IMG/VR virus record: IMGVR_UViG_3300024346_000004
Length of the DNA stretch: 64,000 nt
Source of the DNA: a virus
Taxonomy: Duplodnaviria; Caudoviricetes
Direction: 5' to 3' (one strand)
Position 1 is the first letter of the stretch, and each line of letters begins with the position of its first letter. The translations under genes were made by a program, and so were the position numbers. This document shows positions 47,767 to 57,125 of the stretch, in pieces. The notes under the pieces were generated by a model. That model made no database searches. It saw only the letters and a list, made by a program, of their open reading frames with translations, and had not been told where the DNA came from.

Positions 47767-49767
47767 ATGATAGCAGAAACAACCAACAATGTTATTATTC
47801 GTAGTAACAATAGCGTAGAGACATTTTTCTCCATTAAAGAAGAGAATACAGCGCATATTTTCTCAATTCTCAGGGGACAACTATATTCTGATAAGATAAT
47901 GGCTATTATTCGTGAATACAGCACGAATGCCTTAGATGCTCATGTTGCTTCTGGTATTACAAAGCCTATCAACATTAGCCTACCGTCTTATTGGGGCGAT
48001 GGTAAGTTTGTAGTTCGTGATTATGGCACTGGTTTGTCCGATGATGATATTAAAAATGTCTTTGCATCCTATGGCGAATCTACAAAGCGAAATACAAATA
48101 ATCAAGTAGGTATGCTTGGTCTGGGTAGTAAATCCGCTTTTGCATATACTAGCACATTCCTTATTACCTCTTATCACAATGGTATTAAAAATGTATACAA
48201 TGCTTTTATCGATGAATCCAATAAAGGTGTAGTATCGCTCGTTTCATCTTCCGAAACAGATGAAACTGGATTAGAAATTACAATCCCAATAAAAGCACAA
48301 GACGCTAAAATATTATCTGATAAATGTTATTTCTTCTTCCGATATTGGGATAATATTCCTACCTTCAATAATGATAATATCGTCCGGCAGATTAACACAT
48401 TCAAGTCTTCATTCAAAACCCTAGAAGGCAATAACTGGTATATTGTTAAAAAGCACTATGGTGAACCGACTCTTATCGTTCATATGGGAAATATCGCTTA
48501 TCCTGTATCTACTGAAAATATTAATCTAGAATCTGATGATAGAAAAATATTAGACCAAAACGGTTACACTATTCATCTTAAAGCAGAAATTGGTGATGTT
48601 ACAAATTCAGCGTCTAGGGAATCATTAGAATTAAATGATAAAACCCAAAAATGGATTATCAACGCTATCAATAATATCAACGTGGAAGTGCAAAAAGTAA
48701 TACAGCAGAAGGTTACTAAATGCCGTAGTATCTTTGAAGCAAAATCAATCTATTATGATGTTTCGTTTGCAAGTATGGGAATTCCGTCTTATAAATATAA
48801 TGCTCATACTATAACAAATAATAATCTTTCATTAGACGGAGCGAAAGTAAAAGTATATTATAGTACTCTTGCTAATCGGGCTAGAATTCAAAAATATATT
48901 ATTTGCCAATCGAATACAGTCTATTATGTTGCTAGTCCTTGTACTCCAGAATATACTATTAAACAAAGATTAATCCAACATCTAGGTGATAGTGAAAAGC
49001 CTACATTAATATATTTCTCATCTGATGCAAAAGCGCAAGAATTTATTAATAGTCCAGATATGATTGGAGCAAATCTAGTTCATGTCAAAACCTTACCTGC
49101 TGTTCAATCGGTCAAATCCAAAACACCGAGAGTAGCAATGGCAGATGCAGAATATTATTCTTTCAATAGATATGGTAGTACTAACAGCGACCATTGGAAA
49201 GTTGCGAAAGAAGTAGACTTGGATGAACAGCGAATTTATGTTGTTATTTCCAGATTCTCCCCTGAACGCAACGGATTGAAATTTGATATCACTAACAGCA
49301 CTATTAACGATTTAGAACAATATGGTATTAAAAATATCATCGGTGTTAAACCAAAACATATTAAATCTGTAGGTGATTCTTGGCTTAGTCTTACAGAAGC
49401 GTTAAAGAAAAGTGCAGACGAACTATATTATAATAATGAACAGGAGATTAATAAACTCTTAGAAGCAGAACGTGTAGATGATTTATTCAAGTCCATTCAT
49501 AGATATAAAACGTCAAATACTAGTATCACAAATCCTGAATTGAAATATATTATGGAATTGCTTGATTTCGCTGATAATGATTACAAAAGCGCAAATGCTC
49601 TTCATAATATTAAAATGATAAAAGCGTATATTAATTATAATATTCCATACGAACCTTACATTGTTAAAGAAAAACAAGAAGTTCTAATGAAGGATGAAAA
49701 GATTAATATTATCTCCCAATACATTAGAAGCCCATTTTCAATATATAATCAAATAATGGAAATGTAA
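47767..49767 (+). CDS. rIIA: rIIA-like protein (GHKL ATPase)
   Basis: LYSDKIMAIIREYSTNALDAH, RDYGTGL, STK, GMLGLGSKSAFAY, MGNIAYP, SRESLE. Confidence 0.9.
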   Translation: MIAETTNNVIIRSNNSVETFFSIKEENTAHIFSILRGQLYSDKIMAIIREYSTNALDAHVASGITKPINISLPSYWGDGKFVVRDYGTGLSDDDIKNVFASYGESTKRNTNNQVGMLGLGSKSAFAYTSTFLITSYHNGIKNVYNAFIDESNKGVVSLVSSSETDETGLEITIPIKAQDAKILSDKCYFFFRYWDNIPTFNNDNIVRQINTFKSSFKTLEGNNWYIVKKHYGEPTLIVHMGNIAYPVSTENINLESDDRKILDQNGYTIHLKAEIGDVTNSASRESLELNDKTQKWIINAINNINVEVQKVIQQKVTKCRSIFEAKSIYYDVSFASMGIPSYKYNAHTITNNNLSLDGAKVKVYYSTLANRARIQKYIICQSNTVYYVASPCTPEYTIKQRLIQHLGDSEKPTLIYFSSDAKAQEFINSPDMIGANLVHVKTLPAVQSVKSKTPRVAMADAEYYSFNRYGSTNSDHWKVAKEVDLDEQRIYVVISRFSPERNGLKFDITNSTINDLEQYGIKNIIGVKPKHIKSVGDSWLSLTEALKKSADELYYNNEQEINKLLEAERVDDLFKSIHRYKTSNTSITNPELKYIMELLDFADNDYKSANALHNIKMIKAYINYNIPYEPYIVKEKQEVLMKDEKINIISQYIRSPFSIYNQIMEM

Positions 49768-49773
49768 CAAATG

Positions 49774-49816
49774 ATGACAGGAGGGCTTGCATCCCTCCTG
49801 TCATATGATATACTAT
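49774..49816 (+). promoter_or_regulatory. Hairpin-embedded sigma70 promoter
   Basis: ATGACAGGAGGG-CTTGCAT-CCCTCCTGTCAT, then TATACT. Confidence 0.75.
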
Positions 49817-49834
49817 TCTTGAAAGGAAATTAGT

Positions 49835-51106
49835 ATGGAACCTTCATTCACTTGTAATCCCGCCCCATCATCCGGATTCCTCACCGTGTTCATTGATTCT
49901 GAACAGTACACCATTACAGCGGAGAACGTAAACTTTCGTAATGCTATCAAGTTTCTCTCCGAAAAGAATTGGGAGGAACTGAAATTCGTTCTCAACCCTA
50001 CTCTTAAGTTTAATTCCCTCTACGCACAATATGAGAATATTATTGTTAAAGACGGCAATGTAACAATCGATGGGGAAATGGTAAACGGCATTATCGCATC
50101 TCGTATTATTAATCTCATGGCTAATAATATCGACTGTACACCGATTTTCAAGTTCATGACCCGACTACAATTAAATCCTAGCAAAAGAGCAGTGGATGAA
50201 TTGTATACATTCTTAGAGCATAGGAATTTGCCCATTACATCCAATGGCACAATTCAAGCCTACAAAGCAGTGAGAGCAAATTACACCGATTGTCATACTG
50301 GAACGTTTAATAATACGGTTGGTAATACTCTTCAAATGCCTCGTAACAAGGTCGATGATAACAAGGACGTAGGATGCTCCCACGGCTTCCATGCAGGGAC
50401 ATTTGATTACGCCAAAGACTTTATGCCTGAAGGCGGTCATCTGCTCATCGTGGAAATCGACCCTGCTGATGTTGTAAGTATTCCAACAGATTGTAATTTC
50501 CAGAAATTGCGTACCTGTAAATATAAGGTTACACAAGAATATAATGTAACCTTGGATGAAAATAAAATTCAGGATTCATATCTGGAAACAGACAATGATA
50601 CTTATGTTAATCAGAAATGGGAAAACAAACCATTAATGATGGATGTAATATCTGTATCCGATGTTGTTAATCTTCTTGACAAATGGGGAGAAGATGAAGC
50701 AGTACAAGATATTAAAAAAATATCCCCGACAGAAGATGTAATGCCTCTGGGTGTATTAAAAGATACTATATCTGAAAACCTCTTTGATGAACTAATGGAA
50801 GAATTCGAGGAGCAAGACCCTGAAGAATTCGAGCCGGAAGAACAAGACTCCGAGGAATTCGAGGATGATGAGGATGAGGATTCTTACGAGGAGATTACTG
50901 TAGACCTATCATCTCATATTGATATGAAGGCTACATTAAAGAACCTTGATGAAGCACAATATGTTAAGCTGAAGAACGCATTGGAAAAGGAATACAAAGA
51001 TTTCGAGTCTGTTCAAATGGGAGAAGTATTAAAATATATTGATTCCATCTATGACGATTCAGATTATATTTTCGATATCCTTCTGCAATATAAAGTAGAC
51101 GCATAA
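49835..51106 (+). CDS. rIIB: rIIB-like protein with an acidic C-terminal extension
   Basis: NPSKRAVDELYTFL, AYKAV, MPRNKVDD, CSHGFHAG, DVVSIPTD, KLRTCKY; adjacent to rIIA. Confidence 0.9.
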   Translation: MEPSFTCNPAPSSGFLTVFIDSEQYTITAENVNFRNAIKFLSEKNWEELKFVLNPTLKFNSLYAQYENIIVKDGNVTIDGEMVNGIIASRIINLMANNIDCTPIFKFMTRLQLNPSKRAVDELYTFLEHRNLPITSNGTIQAYKAVRANYTDCHTGTFNNTVGNTLQMPRNKVDDNKDVGCSHGFHAGTFDYAKDFMPEGGHLLIVEIDPADVVSIPTDCNFQKLRTCKYKVTQEYNVTLDENKIQDSYLETDNDTYVNQKWENKPLMMDVISVSDVVNLLDKWGEDEAVQDIKKISPTEDVMPLGVLKDTISENLFDELMEEFEEQDPEEFEPEEQDSEEFEDDEDEDSYEEITVDLSSHIDMKATLKNLDEAQYVKLKNALEKEYKDFESVQMGEVLKYIDSIYDDSDYIFDILLQYKVDA

Positions 51107-51114
51107 AGAATTTC

Positions 51115-51155
51115 GAGGGAGATTGCTTGCAGTCTCCCTCTTTCCATGTTACACT
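51115..51155 (+). promoter_or_regulatory. Hairpin-embedded sigma70 promoter
   Basis: GAGGGAGATTGC-TT-GCAGTCTCCCTC; TTGCAG-17-TACACT. Confidence 0.7.
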
Positions 51156-51160
51156 ACATT

Positions 51161-51529
51161 ATGATTCACTACCTCAAGAACTATGATACTAGCCTTGAAG
51201 AACGCAAGGATGATATAGAATATTTAAAATCTTATGTTCTAGACACATCCAAGTTGTATCATGTAGCGTCAGGTAATATAGCCTTCCCTGAGAACGACAT
51301 CATATCCCCGAAGAGATTGTGGATTGAATCACTATGCCTCTTCACCGATTCAGACATCCCGTTCTATGAAAGAAATATAATCACCCTATACCATTCCAAC
51401 CCAATAGGAATTAAATATGGTGATGTGATTGGGAATAATAAAATAGGATACGCTCTACGAATCCCATACCCAAATATATTCTTCCCAATTAAAATGATAG
51501 ATTTCTCATTCGACCCTTGCAACCTGTAG
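51161..51529 (+). CDS. Hypothetical protein (leaderless candidate)
   Basis: Start moved to the ATG 5 nt after the -10 box. Confidence 0.6.
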   Translation: MIHYLKNYDTSLEERKDDIEYLKSYVLDTSKLYHVASGNIAFPENDIISPKRLWIESLCLFTDSDIPFYERNIITLYHSNPIGIKYGDVIGNNKIGYALRIPYPNIFFPIKMIDFSFDPCNL

Positions 51530-51560
51530 CATATGTGATAATATATGTGTGGAGGAAATA

Positions 51561-52250
51561 ATGGAACCAAATCAAAACATCATCGAGAAGATTAAGAAAC
51601 TACTCGCCCTTTCAGCATCCCCTAATGAGAACGAAGCATCCACCGCCCTGAGAATGGCAATGGATATGCTCTCTAAACATAACCTCTCTATGACAGAAAT
51701 CAACGTAGAGAAAAAAGAATCTGTAGAACACGAAGAAGTAAAGTTCACCGGCAAGAGATTTTCTACATGGCGAACAGAATTGCTTAACTCTGTATCTGAT
51801 GCTCACTATTGTCACATCCTAAAAGTATCTGGCACTGGAGTATATTATATTATCGGCAAGCAAACGAACAGACAAGCAACTATCTTGATGTTTACATACT
51901 TAGCCAATGTTGTAGAATTTGAATGCAAAAGTCATATGGCTAGCCTGTCCCTTACCAAACAAGAAGGCAAGACATATGCTAACAGTTTCAAACTAGGCAT
52001 GGTTCATAGACTACGACAAAGATTGATGGAAAAGAAGAATTCTATTATCTTAGAGTCAAAGTCCAATGCTCTTATTAAAGTAGACCCATATACGCTTTCT
52101 AAGGCTGAAAACAACGACTACATAAGAAGCAAGTTTAGAGTAACACAACAGCAGGAGAGCAACAGTAGAATCAACGGTAGTGCTTATGCTCAAGGCGATA
52201 GAGCAGGTAATAGAGTTGGGCTTAATGGCTCTAGAGCGATAACAGCTTAA
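51561..52250 (+). CDS. DUF2786-domain protein
   Basis: IIEKIKKLLALSASPNENEA..A..MLSKHNL; GGAGG SD. Confidence 0.85.
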   Translation: MEPNQNIIEKIKKLLALSASPNENEASTALRMAMDMLSKHNLSMTEINVEKKESVEHEEVKFTGKRFSTWRTELLNSVSDAHYCHILKVSGTGVYYIIGKQTNRQATILMFTYLANVVEFECKSHMASLSLTKQEGKTYANSFKLGMVHRLRQRLMEKKNSIILESKSNALIKVDPYTLSKAENNDYIRSKFRVTQQQESNSRINGSAYAQGDRAGNRVGLNGSRAITA

Positions 52251-52360
52251 TAATAAAAACCTAATAGAAGGAGAGGCTAATACCCTCTCCTTATTTTTTT
52301 TAAAGGATTATTCCCTAAGCAACAGCCAAAAATAACAATATTACTCTTTGGAGATTACAT

Positions 52361-53317
52361 ATGGCTTTTGTATATGACCCGGCAACAATATTATCAATCA
52401 CTACAAATATAGGTAATGCGGATGCGACATTACAGGCAGAGGTTAATACTCTTCCTTCTACTTATATCATTGGAACTGTATCTGTTAGTAATACAGTAGT
52501 AACAGGAACAGGAACAACATGGCAAGTATCACCCTTTTTATCAGGGGCTAGAATTGGATTCGGTAGTACTAACCCAGATTTAATTTCTACTTGGTATGAT
52601 GTAACAGTGATTAATACAAATACACAAATCACATTATTATCCTCTGCTGGTATTATTGGTTCTGGTTCCTCCTATGTATTACAACAGAAAAGAAGCGGAT
52701 TAAAGCTTGGAACTGAAAATAGATTAACAGTAGCAGATTGTATTGCTGATAATAATATTGTTAATGCTGATTTTGATAGTAGCACAATATTAGCACAGAG
52801 CATGAGAACATCAGAAAACGCATTGTCCAGCACTTTGTCTTCTGTTTACGCATCTTATCAAACAGCATTAGATACATATGTTAACGCTAATAAATCAGCA
52901 ACAGTAAGAAATTATTATAATTCCTTATCCGTAGAAAGATCAGTAGCATTTACAGAAAATTATCGTAGTTTCTATAGAAGAATTAAATCAGAAGAATTGA
53001 TTGTAAAATTATATTCTAATACCAAATCCGTAGGTGTCTGGGGTTCTACTGTTAACCACTACTCTACTACTAATATGCTTGCTACTCTGCTGGAAGTTAG
53101 AACAGGGTCTCTCATCGGTGCTTCTGATGTTGTTGTTACCCTAGTGCCAATCAAATCAGATGGAACTAACGATTCACCAAAGACTTTAAATATACCAGCA
53201 ACAACAGCAAATAAAACTCAATACGCAATCAATGATACTACAAAATATAAAGGAATATTTTCTATTGGAATCACAGGCGGAACCAATGGAGATATTATTG
53301 AAGTTTGGATTAAATAA
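52361..53317 (+). CDS. Probable virion structural / fibre-like protein
   Basis: T/S/G-rich GTVSVSNTVVTGTGTTW; AAAGG-N20-CAAAAA late-type promoter. Confidence 0.6.
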   Translation: MAFVYDPATILSITTNIGNADATLQAEVNTLPSTYIIGTVSVSNTVVTGTGTTWQVSPFLSGARIGFGSTNPDLISTWYDVTVINTNTQITLLSSAGIIGSGSSYVLQQKRSGLKLGTENRLTVADCIADNNIVNADFDSSTILAQSMRTSENALSSTLSSVYASYQTALDTYVNANKSATVRNYYNSLSVERSVAFTENYRSFYRRIKSEELIVKLYSNTKSVGVWGSTVNHYSTTNMLATLLEVRTGSLIGASDVVVTLVPIKSDGTNDSPKTLNIPATTANKTQYAINDTTKYKGIFSIGITGGTNGDIIEVWIK

Positions 53318-53504
53318 AATAATATAGTATTACATCCTAAACCCTTATATTATTTTTAATATAGGGGTTTTTCTTTACCTAACCACCAGCACAAAATAAT
53401 ACGAATATCTCAAAATATCTGCTAATTGTCCTTGCATTGTCTGTAGCATTTGATACTATAGGACATCCAACCAATCTGGGCGGAGAACTTTGGGAGAAAA
53501 AAAG

Positions 53505-54176
53505 ATGAGTAATATTTTGAGCGAAATGACTGCTCTTGTGGACTATAAGAAAAAAGTCCAAGACACGACGAAGAAGGCTGTAACTGAGATTAACACATTG
53601 GCTAGTGTTAACACAAATCTTTCACGTAGTCTTGATAAAATCCAGAGCAAAGCAGACAAGAAGAAGCAGACTATTCAACGGAACTACGAAAAGCAACTGT
53701 TGAATATTGATAGCGAATTCAAAACCAAAATCCAGACCATCAGCAAGCAGATTGAAGAAAATAAACTTACAATCACTTCCCTCTATTCTGGTATTGAAAA
53801 TCTCAACGGCAGTATTGGTTTCGTTACTAGCGTAGAACCAGCATCTGATACTACAGAAGCCAAGCCCCGCCAAAAGTATGTCCGATATCAGTCTCAACTA
53901 ACAACACAAATGATTAAAAATATTATCATTGAACTTGTCAACAATGAAGAGAAAGGTGCTATCAAGATTAAGGTTGTTATGACCCAACTTGAAAAACGAC
54001 ACGGCAATATTATCACACATGAAGAACGTACGGGTGGTAGTAATAGCAGGTTGTATGGTCGTGTATATGCCATTCTGGGCAAAATGAGGAAAGATGGCGA
54101 ACTATACAAGGGAACTGGCGATGGTATTGTTGTCCGGAAAGTTTCTTCATTGGAACCCTTGACAGAGACAGCCTAG
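53505..54176 (+). CDS. Coiled-coil plus winged-helix (Mrr_N-like) protein
   Basis: Long heptad region, then IT.EERTGGS..LYGRV..LGKMRKDG. Confidence 0.6.
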   Translation: MSNILSEMTALVDYKKKVQDTTKKAVTEINTLASVNTNLSRSLDKIQSKADKKKQTIQRNYEKQLLNIDSEFKTKIQTISKQIEENKLTITSLYSGIENLNGSIGFVTSVEPASDTTEAKPRQKYVRYQSQLTTQMIKNIIIELVNNEEKGAIKIKVVMTQLEKRHGNIITHEERTGGSNSRLYGRVYAILGKMRKDGELYKGTGDGIVVRKVSSLEPLTETA

Positions 54177-54188
54177 TCTGGTAATATT

Positions 54189-54269
54189 AGTTGTCGCTGA
54201 TATACAAAATACTAAAAGAAAGTAAACCTTGCTTTAAAAGTTTTGTGCGATAAAATATCAGCGACAACT
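54189..54269 (+). ncRNA. Putative hairpin ncRNA
   Basis: 15-bp closing stem AGTTGTCGCTGATAT/ATATCAGCGACAACT immediately after a TTGACA..TAATAT promoter. Confidence 0.5.
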
Positions 54270-54306
54270 TTGGAATGATGGTATAATAGATATGTAAGTT
54301 TGGTGA

Positions 54307-54388
54307 GGCACCTTGGCGAAATTGGCATATGCGACAGCCTTAAAAGTTGTTGGGGCAACCCATGAGAGTTCGACCCTCTCAGGTGCTA
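54307..54388 (+). tRNA. tRNA-Leu(TAA)
   Basis: Cloverleaf; ACAGC-CTTAAAA-GTTGT anticodon arm; long variable arm; GTTCGAC. Confidence 0.85.
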
Positions 54389-54394
54389 TGGTTT

Positions 54395-54467
54395 GGGACG
54401 GTAACTCAGTGGCTAGAGTAGTCGCCTTTTAAGCGATTTGTCGTGGTTTCGAATACCACCCGTCCCA
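54395..54467 (+). tRNA. tRNA-Lys(TTT)
   Basis: GGGACGG/CCGTCCC acceptor; GTCGC-CTTTTAA-GCGAT anticodon arm. Confidence 0.9.
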
Positions 54468-54497
54468 TTGTTTGATTAAATTCTTTGGGAGATTAAA

Positions 54498-54794
54498 ATG
54501 GAAGTTTCTTTTAGTACTTTGGAAGATTTAAATACAGGATTACAAGGAAAGATGGATGAAGCGAAACGTCTTCATAAATCAGATGGCTTGTATAATGCTG
54601 AAGATATTAAAGTATACGTTGATATGTATCGCAAGTCAATTGTAAAGCATCAAGGTTCTGACTTTGCTTCTGGAAGAGTCAATCCTAATCAACTTGTTAG
54701 TGGAGCCAACTCTTACTTTGGTAAGGTCTTTGAGGTTACTAGGGTAGATGAATTTGATGCCTATCCTACAGTATGGCTTAAAGAAGTAAAATAA
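54498..54794 (+). CDS. Hypothetical protein
   Basis: GGGAG SD; 98 aa. Confidence 0.7.
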   Translation: MEVSFSTLEDLNTGLQGKMDEAKRLHKSDGLYNAEDIKVYVDMYRKSIVKHQGSDFASGRVNPNQLVSGANSYFGKVFEVTRVDEFDAYPTVWLKEVK

Positions 54795-54909
54795 TATCCC
54801 ACTTTCGTTTGGTTTACTCTTTTTCCAAACGAATAAAAAATCCCCCATTTTGTGTATGTGATGGGGGATTTTTTCTTGACATCATTGTAGCAGATGATAT
54901 ACTATAGCC

Positions 54910-55176
54910 ATGAACACAAAACACCGCCTGACAGATGAGATGATTGGTTTGCTTCTCGTCTCCTCTATCACTCTCGTCTCTATTATTCTTTTGTCTTTAG
55001 AGATTAAGAAGACACAATCTATCGCCAGAGCATATTATTATAAATATACTTTGGAAACATCTGAGAATCGATATATGCCGCAGATTGAAGATGCTCAAGT
55101 TATCAAATATCTTGATATCGAGAACCGAAAACAATTGGAAAATGATATCAAAAACTTGCAAGAGAACTATAGATAG
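54910..55176 (+). CDS. Membrane-anchored hypothetical protein (leaderless candidate)
   Basis: One TM helix; ATG 6 nt after TATACT of a TTGACA promoter. Confidence 0.7.
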   Translation: MNTKHRLTDEMIGLLLVSSITLVSIILLSLEIKKTQSIARAYYYKYTLETSENRYMPQIEDAQVIKYLDIENRKQLENDIKNLQENYR

Positions 55177-55190
55177 GATAAGATTAGCAT

Positions 55191-55676
55191 ATGACAAACA
55201 CCCCTACCTATAAAGTTGAAGTAGAGTTTGCTTGGAGTTATCCAAGCAAACCTATTCGAGTTATTAATAAATCAGGTTTACTACAGACAACAGAAACCGA
55301 AGATAGATTAATCGCTGAGAAGTTTATTAATTCTTTTATCAATGACTACAAGCATGGAATCTGTGAAGTTCGTGATTTGAGAATCTTGTCCATTAAAAGA
55401 ATATATACTTTTGATGACTGGATTGAAAAATATAATCCTGTTAAGAATGAATTTGAAAATACTAGTACATTGCAAGGCTTTGTGTTTGATTACACAGAGG
55501 AAGACCAATGGAAGTATATTAAAAAACAGAAAGCAGAAAACGTCTGGACTCTGGTTTGTACTGGAGACGATGATTATATTATTCCCGGTCTTCATTGGGT
55601 AAATAGAGAAAATTATCTTATCTCAAACGTCCCTGTAAAAGACGAAGATAAATATCAGGAATTCCTTGTAATCTGA
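55191..55676 (+). CDS. Hypothetical phage protein
   Basis: Y.PVKN..VWTLV..I.PGLHWVNR..Y motif. Confidence 0.75.
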   Translation: MTNTPTYKVEVEFAWSYPSKPIRVINKSGLLQTTETEDRLIAEKFINSFINDYKHGICEVRDLRILSIKRIYTFDDWIEKYNPVKNEFENTSTLQGFVFDYTEEDQWKYIKKQKAENVWTLVCTGDDDYIIPGLHWVNRENYLISNVPVKDEDKYQEFLVI

Positions 55677-55716
55677 TTAGCATATGATATACTACTCTTG
55701 AAAGGTTGGATAGACG

Positions 55717-56043
55717 ATGCAAACTTTTGTTAGAGGTATTGTTACTGTTCATTTTGAGTTAGAAATTGATACAGATAAGTTTGAAGAGATTTGTGAAATT
55801 TTTTCATTAAAAGCCGAGAATCATCAATCATTTACAGCAGACGATTGGGTGAAGATTCGTAAAGAATTCTTAGATACCTGTATTGATAATGAACTGCACC
55901 TTTCATACAACGACATTCACGACTATTCTAGGATGAGTGTAGACGAGGTTGCTATTGAACTAAAAGGCGATGTTACAGCAGTTCAATACGATGTAGAAAA
56001 TAAAGTAGATTCTGTTTACATTAACGACGAACAGATTATATAG
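55717..56043 (+). CDS. Hypothetical protein
   Basis: Own early promoter and AAAGG SD. Confidence 0.7.
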   Translation: MQTFVRGIVTVHFELEIDTDKFEEICEIFSLKAENHQSFTADDWVKIRKEFLDTCIDNELHLSYNDIHDYSRMSVDEVAIELKGDVTAVQYDVENKVDSVYINDEQII

Positions 56044-56046
56044 GAT

Positions 56047-56110
56047 TTACAAGAGGAACCGCTCATAGCCTCTTGTAACGCCCCCTTCTTCCGCTCATAA
56101 GGAAGGGGGC
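56047..56110 (+). ncRNA. Twin hairpins sharing the loop CCGCTCATA
   Basis: TTACAAGAGG/CCTCTTGTAA and GCCCCCTTC/GAAGGGGGC stems. Confidence 0.55.
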
Positions 56111-56262
56111 AACCCTTTCTCATCCTGTATTGCCTTTGGGGTAGGATATTAATATTTTAAAACAGGATGAGTATATCCCCTTATAGATTTATTTTCTATA
56201 AGGGTTTTTTATGAAAGATAGTTTGAAATTCACCTTGACATCTTCAGTAGACATGATAATAT

Positions 56263-56389
56263 AAGGGTGTTCAAGATGACTACAGCATCAAGAACAAAAT
56301 CCAGAATGTGGTGATTCTGGTATCAATGTGAGAAGAATGGTTATACTCCTTTCCGGTTGTGTTTTCCGCCCCATTCTTCTCACACCCTT
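56263..56389 (+). ncRNA. Putative multi-hairpin ncRNA with a pyrimidine (anti-SD-like) loop
   Basis: Follows TTGACA-16-TAATAT; three hairpins including a 14-bp TGTGAGAAGAATGG/CCATTCTTCTCACA stem. Confidence 0.5.
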
Positions 56390-56459
56390 AGGTGGTTAGC
56401 TTAATAGTAGAGCAAAGGAACATAAGCCTTCTGTATGGGTGCGAATCCTATACCACCTT
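56390..56459 (+). tRNA. Degenerate tRNA-like element (CAT in an aberrant loop)
   Basis: AGGTGGT/ACCACCT acceptor, D and T arms present; 4-bp anticodon stem with 8-nt loop AACATAAG; TGCGAAT T-loop. Confidence 0.55.
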
Positions 56460-56525
56460 TTTCCTGATTGATGGTTTGAAAATTTACTTGTAGGGGTATG
56501 AGTAAGGTCAATCAGGAAGGCAATT

Positions 56526-57020
56526 TTATAATATTAAGTCTGGATTGTGTCTTTCTCTATGGCAATTCGCACAGACTAATACACACTTGTTTACTTCTTC
56601 TACTAACCTATCCCATTTTGAACAAGAACATTTTCTTAAGTCAATACCAAATGATTTTTCTTCTGGATTAAGATGGTGAAATTCAAGGGCTGATATATTT
56701 TTATTATATCCGCAATCGCAACATTTTCCTCCAGCAATTTCAATCAATTGTTTTTTTCTTTCCAATCCTCTTGCTTGTTGTGCAGTATATACTTGATGTT
56801 TATGATTAGTGCTTTTTACTTTGCATTTAACTGAACAAAATTTAGTTTGATTTCCTGTTAGAGGAGTTTTACATATCTCGCAATTAATATTATTGATTTT
56901 TCCTAATTCATATTTTGCTACCCAATATCTGATAGAGGTCAGACTTTTGCCTGTGATTTTTGATATTTGAATTAAGGATTTATTTTCTCTTATCATGTTT
57001 ACTAATAATTCTTTTTCCAT
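56526..57020 (-). CDS. HNH (homing) endonuclease with N-terminal HTH and Zn-finger
   Basis: CCDCGY..ALEFHH..KCVLVCANCHRERH; free-standing, antisense within the tRNA region. Confidence 0.88.
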   Translation of the reverse strand: MEKELLVNMIRENKSLIQISKITGKSLTSIRYWVAKYELGKINNINCEICKTPLTGNQTKFCSVKCKVKSTNHKHQVYTAQQARGLERKKQLIEIAGGKCCDCGYNKNISALEFHHLNPEEKSFGIDLRKCSCSKWDRLVEEVNKCVLVCANCHRERHNPDLIL

Positions 57021-57125
57021 TTGTTTTCCTTTTACATAGATTATGAACATTGTCATAATTTTTTATACAAAAAAGTTAATTGATATTCCTTGCATTCAGT
57101 TTTAGATATGGTAATATATTGATAT

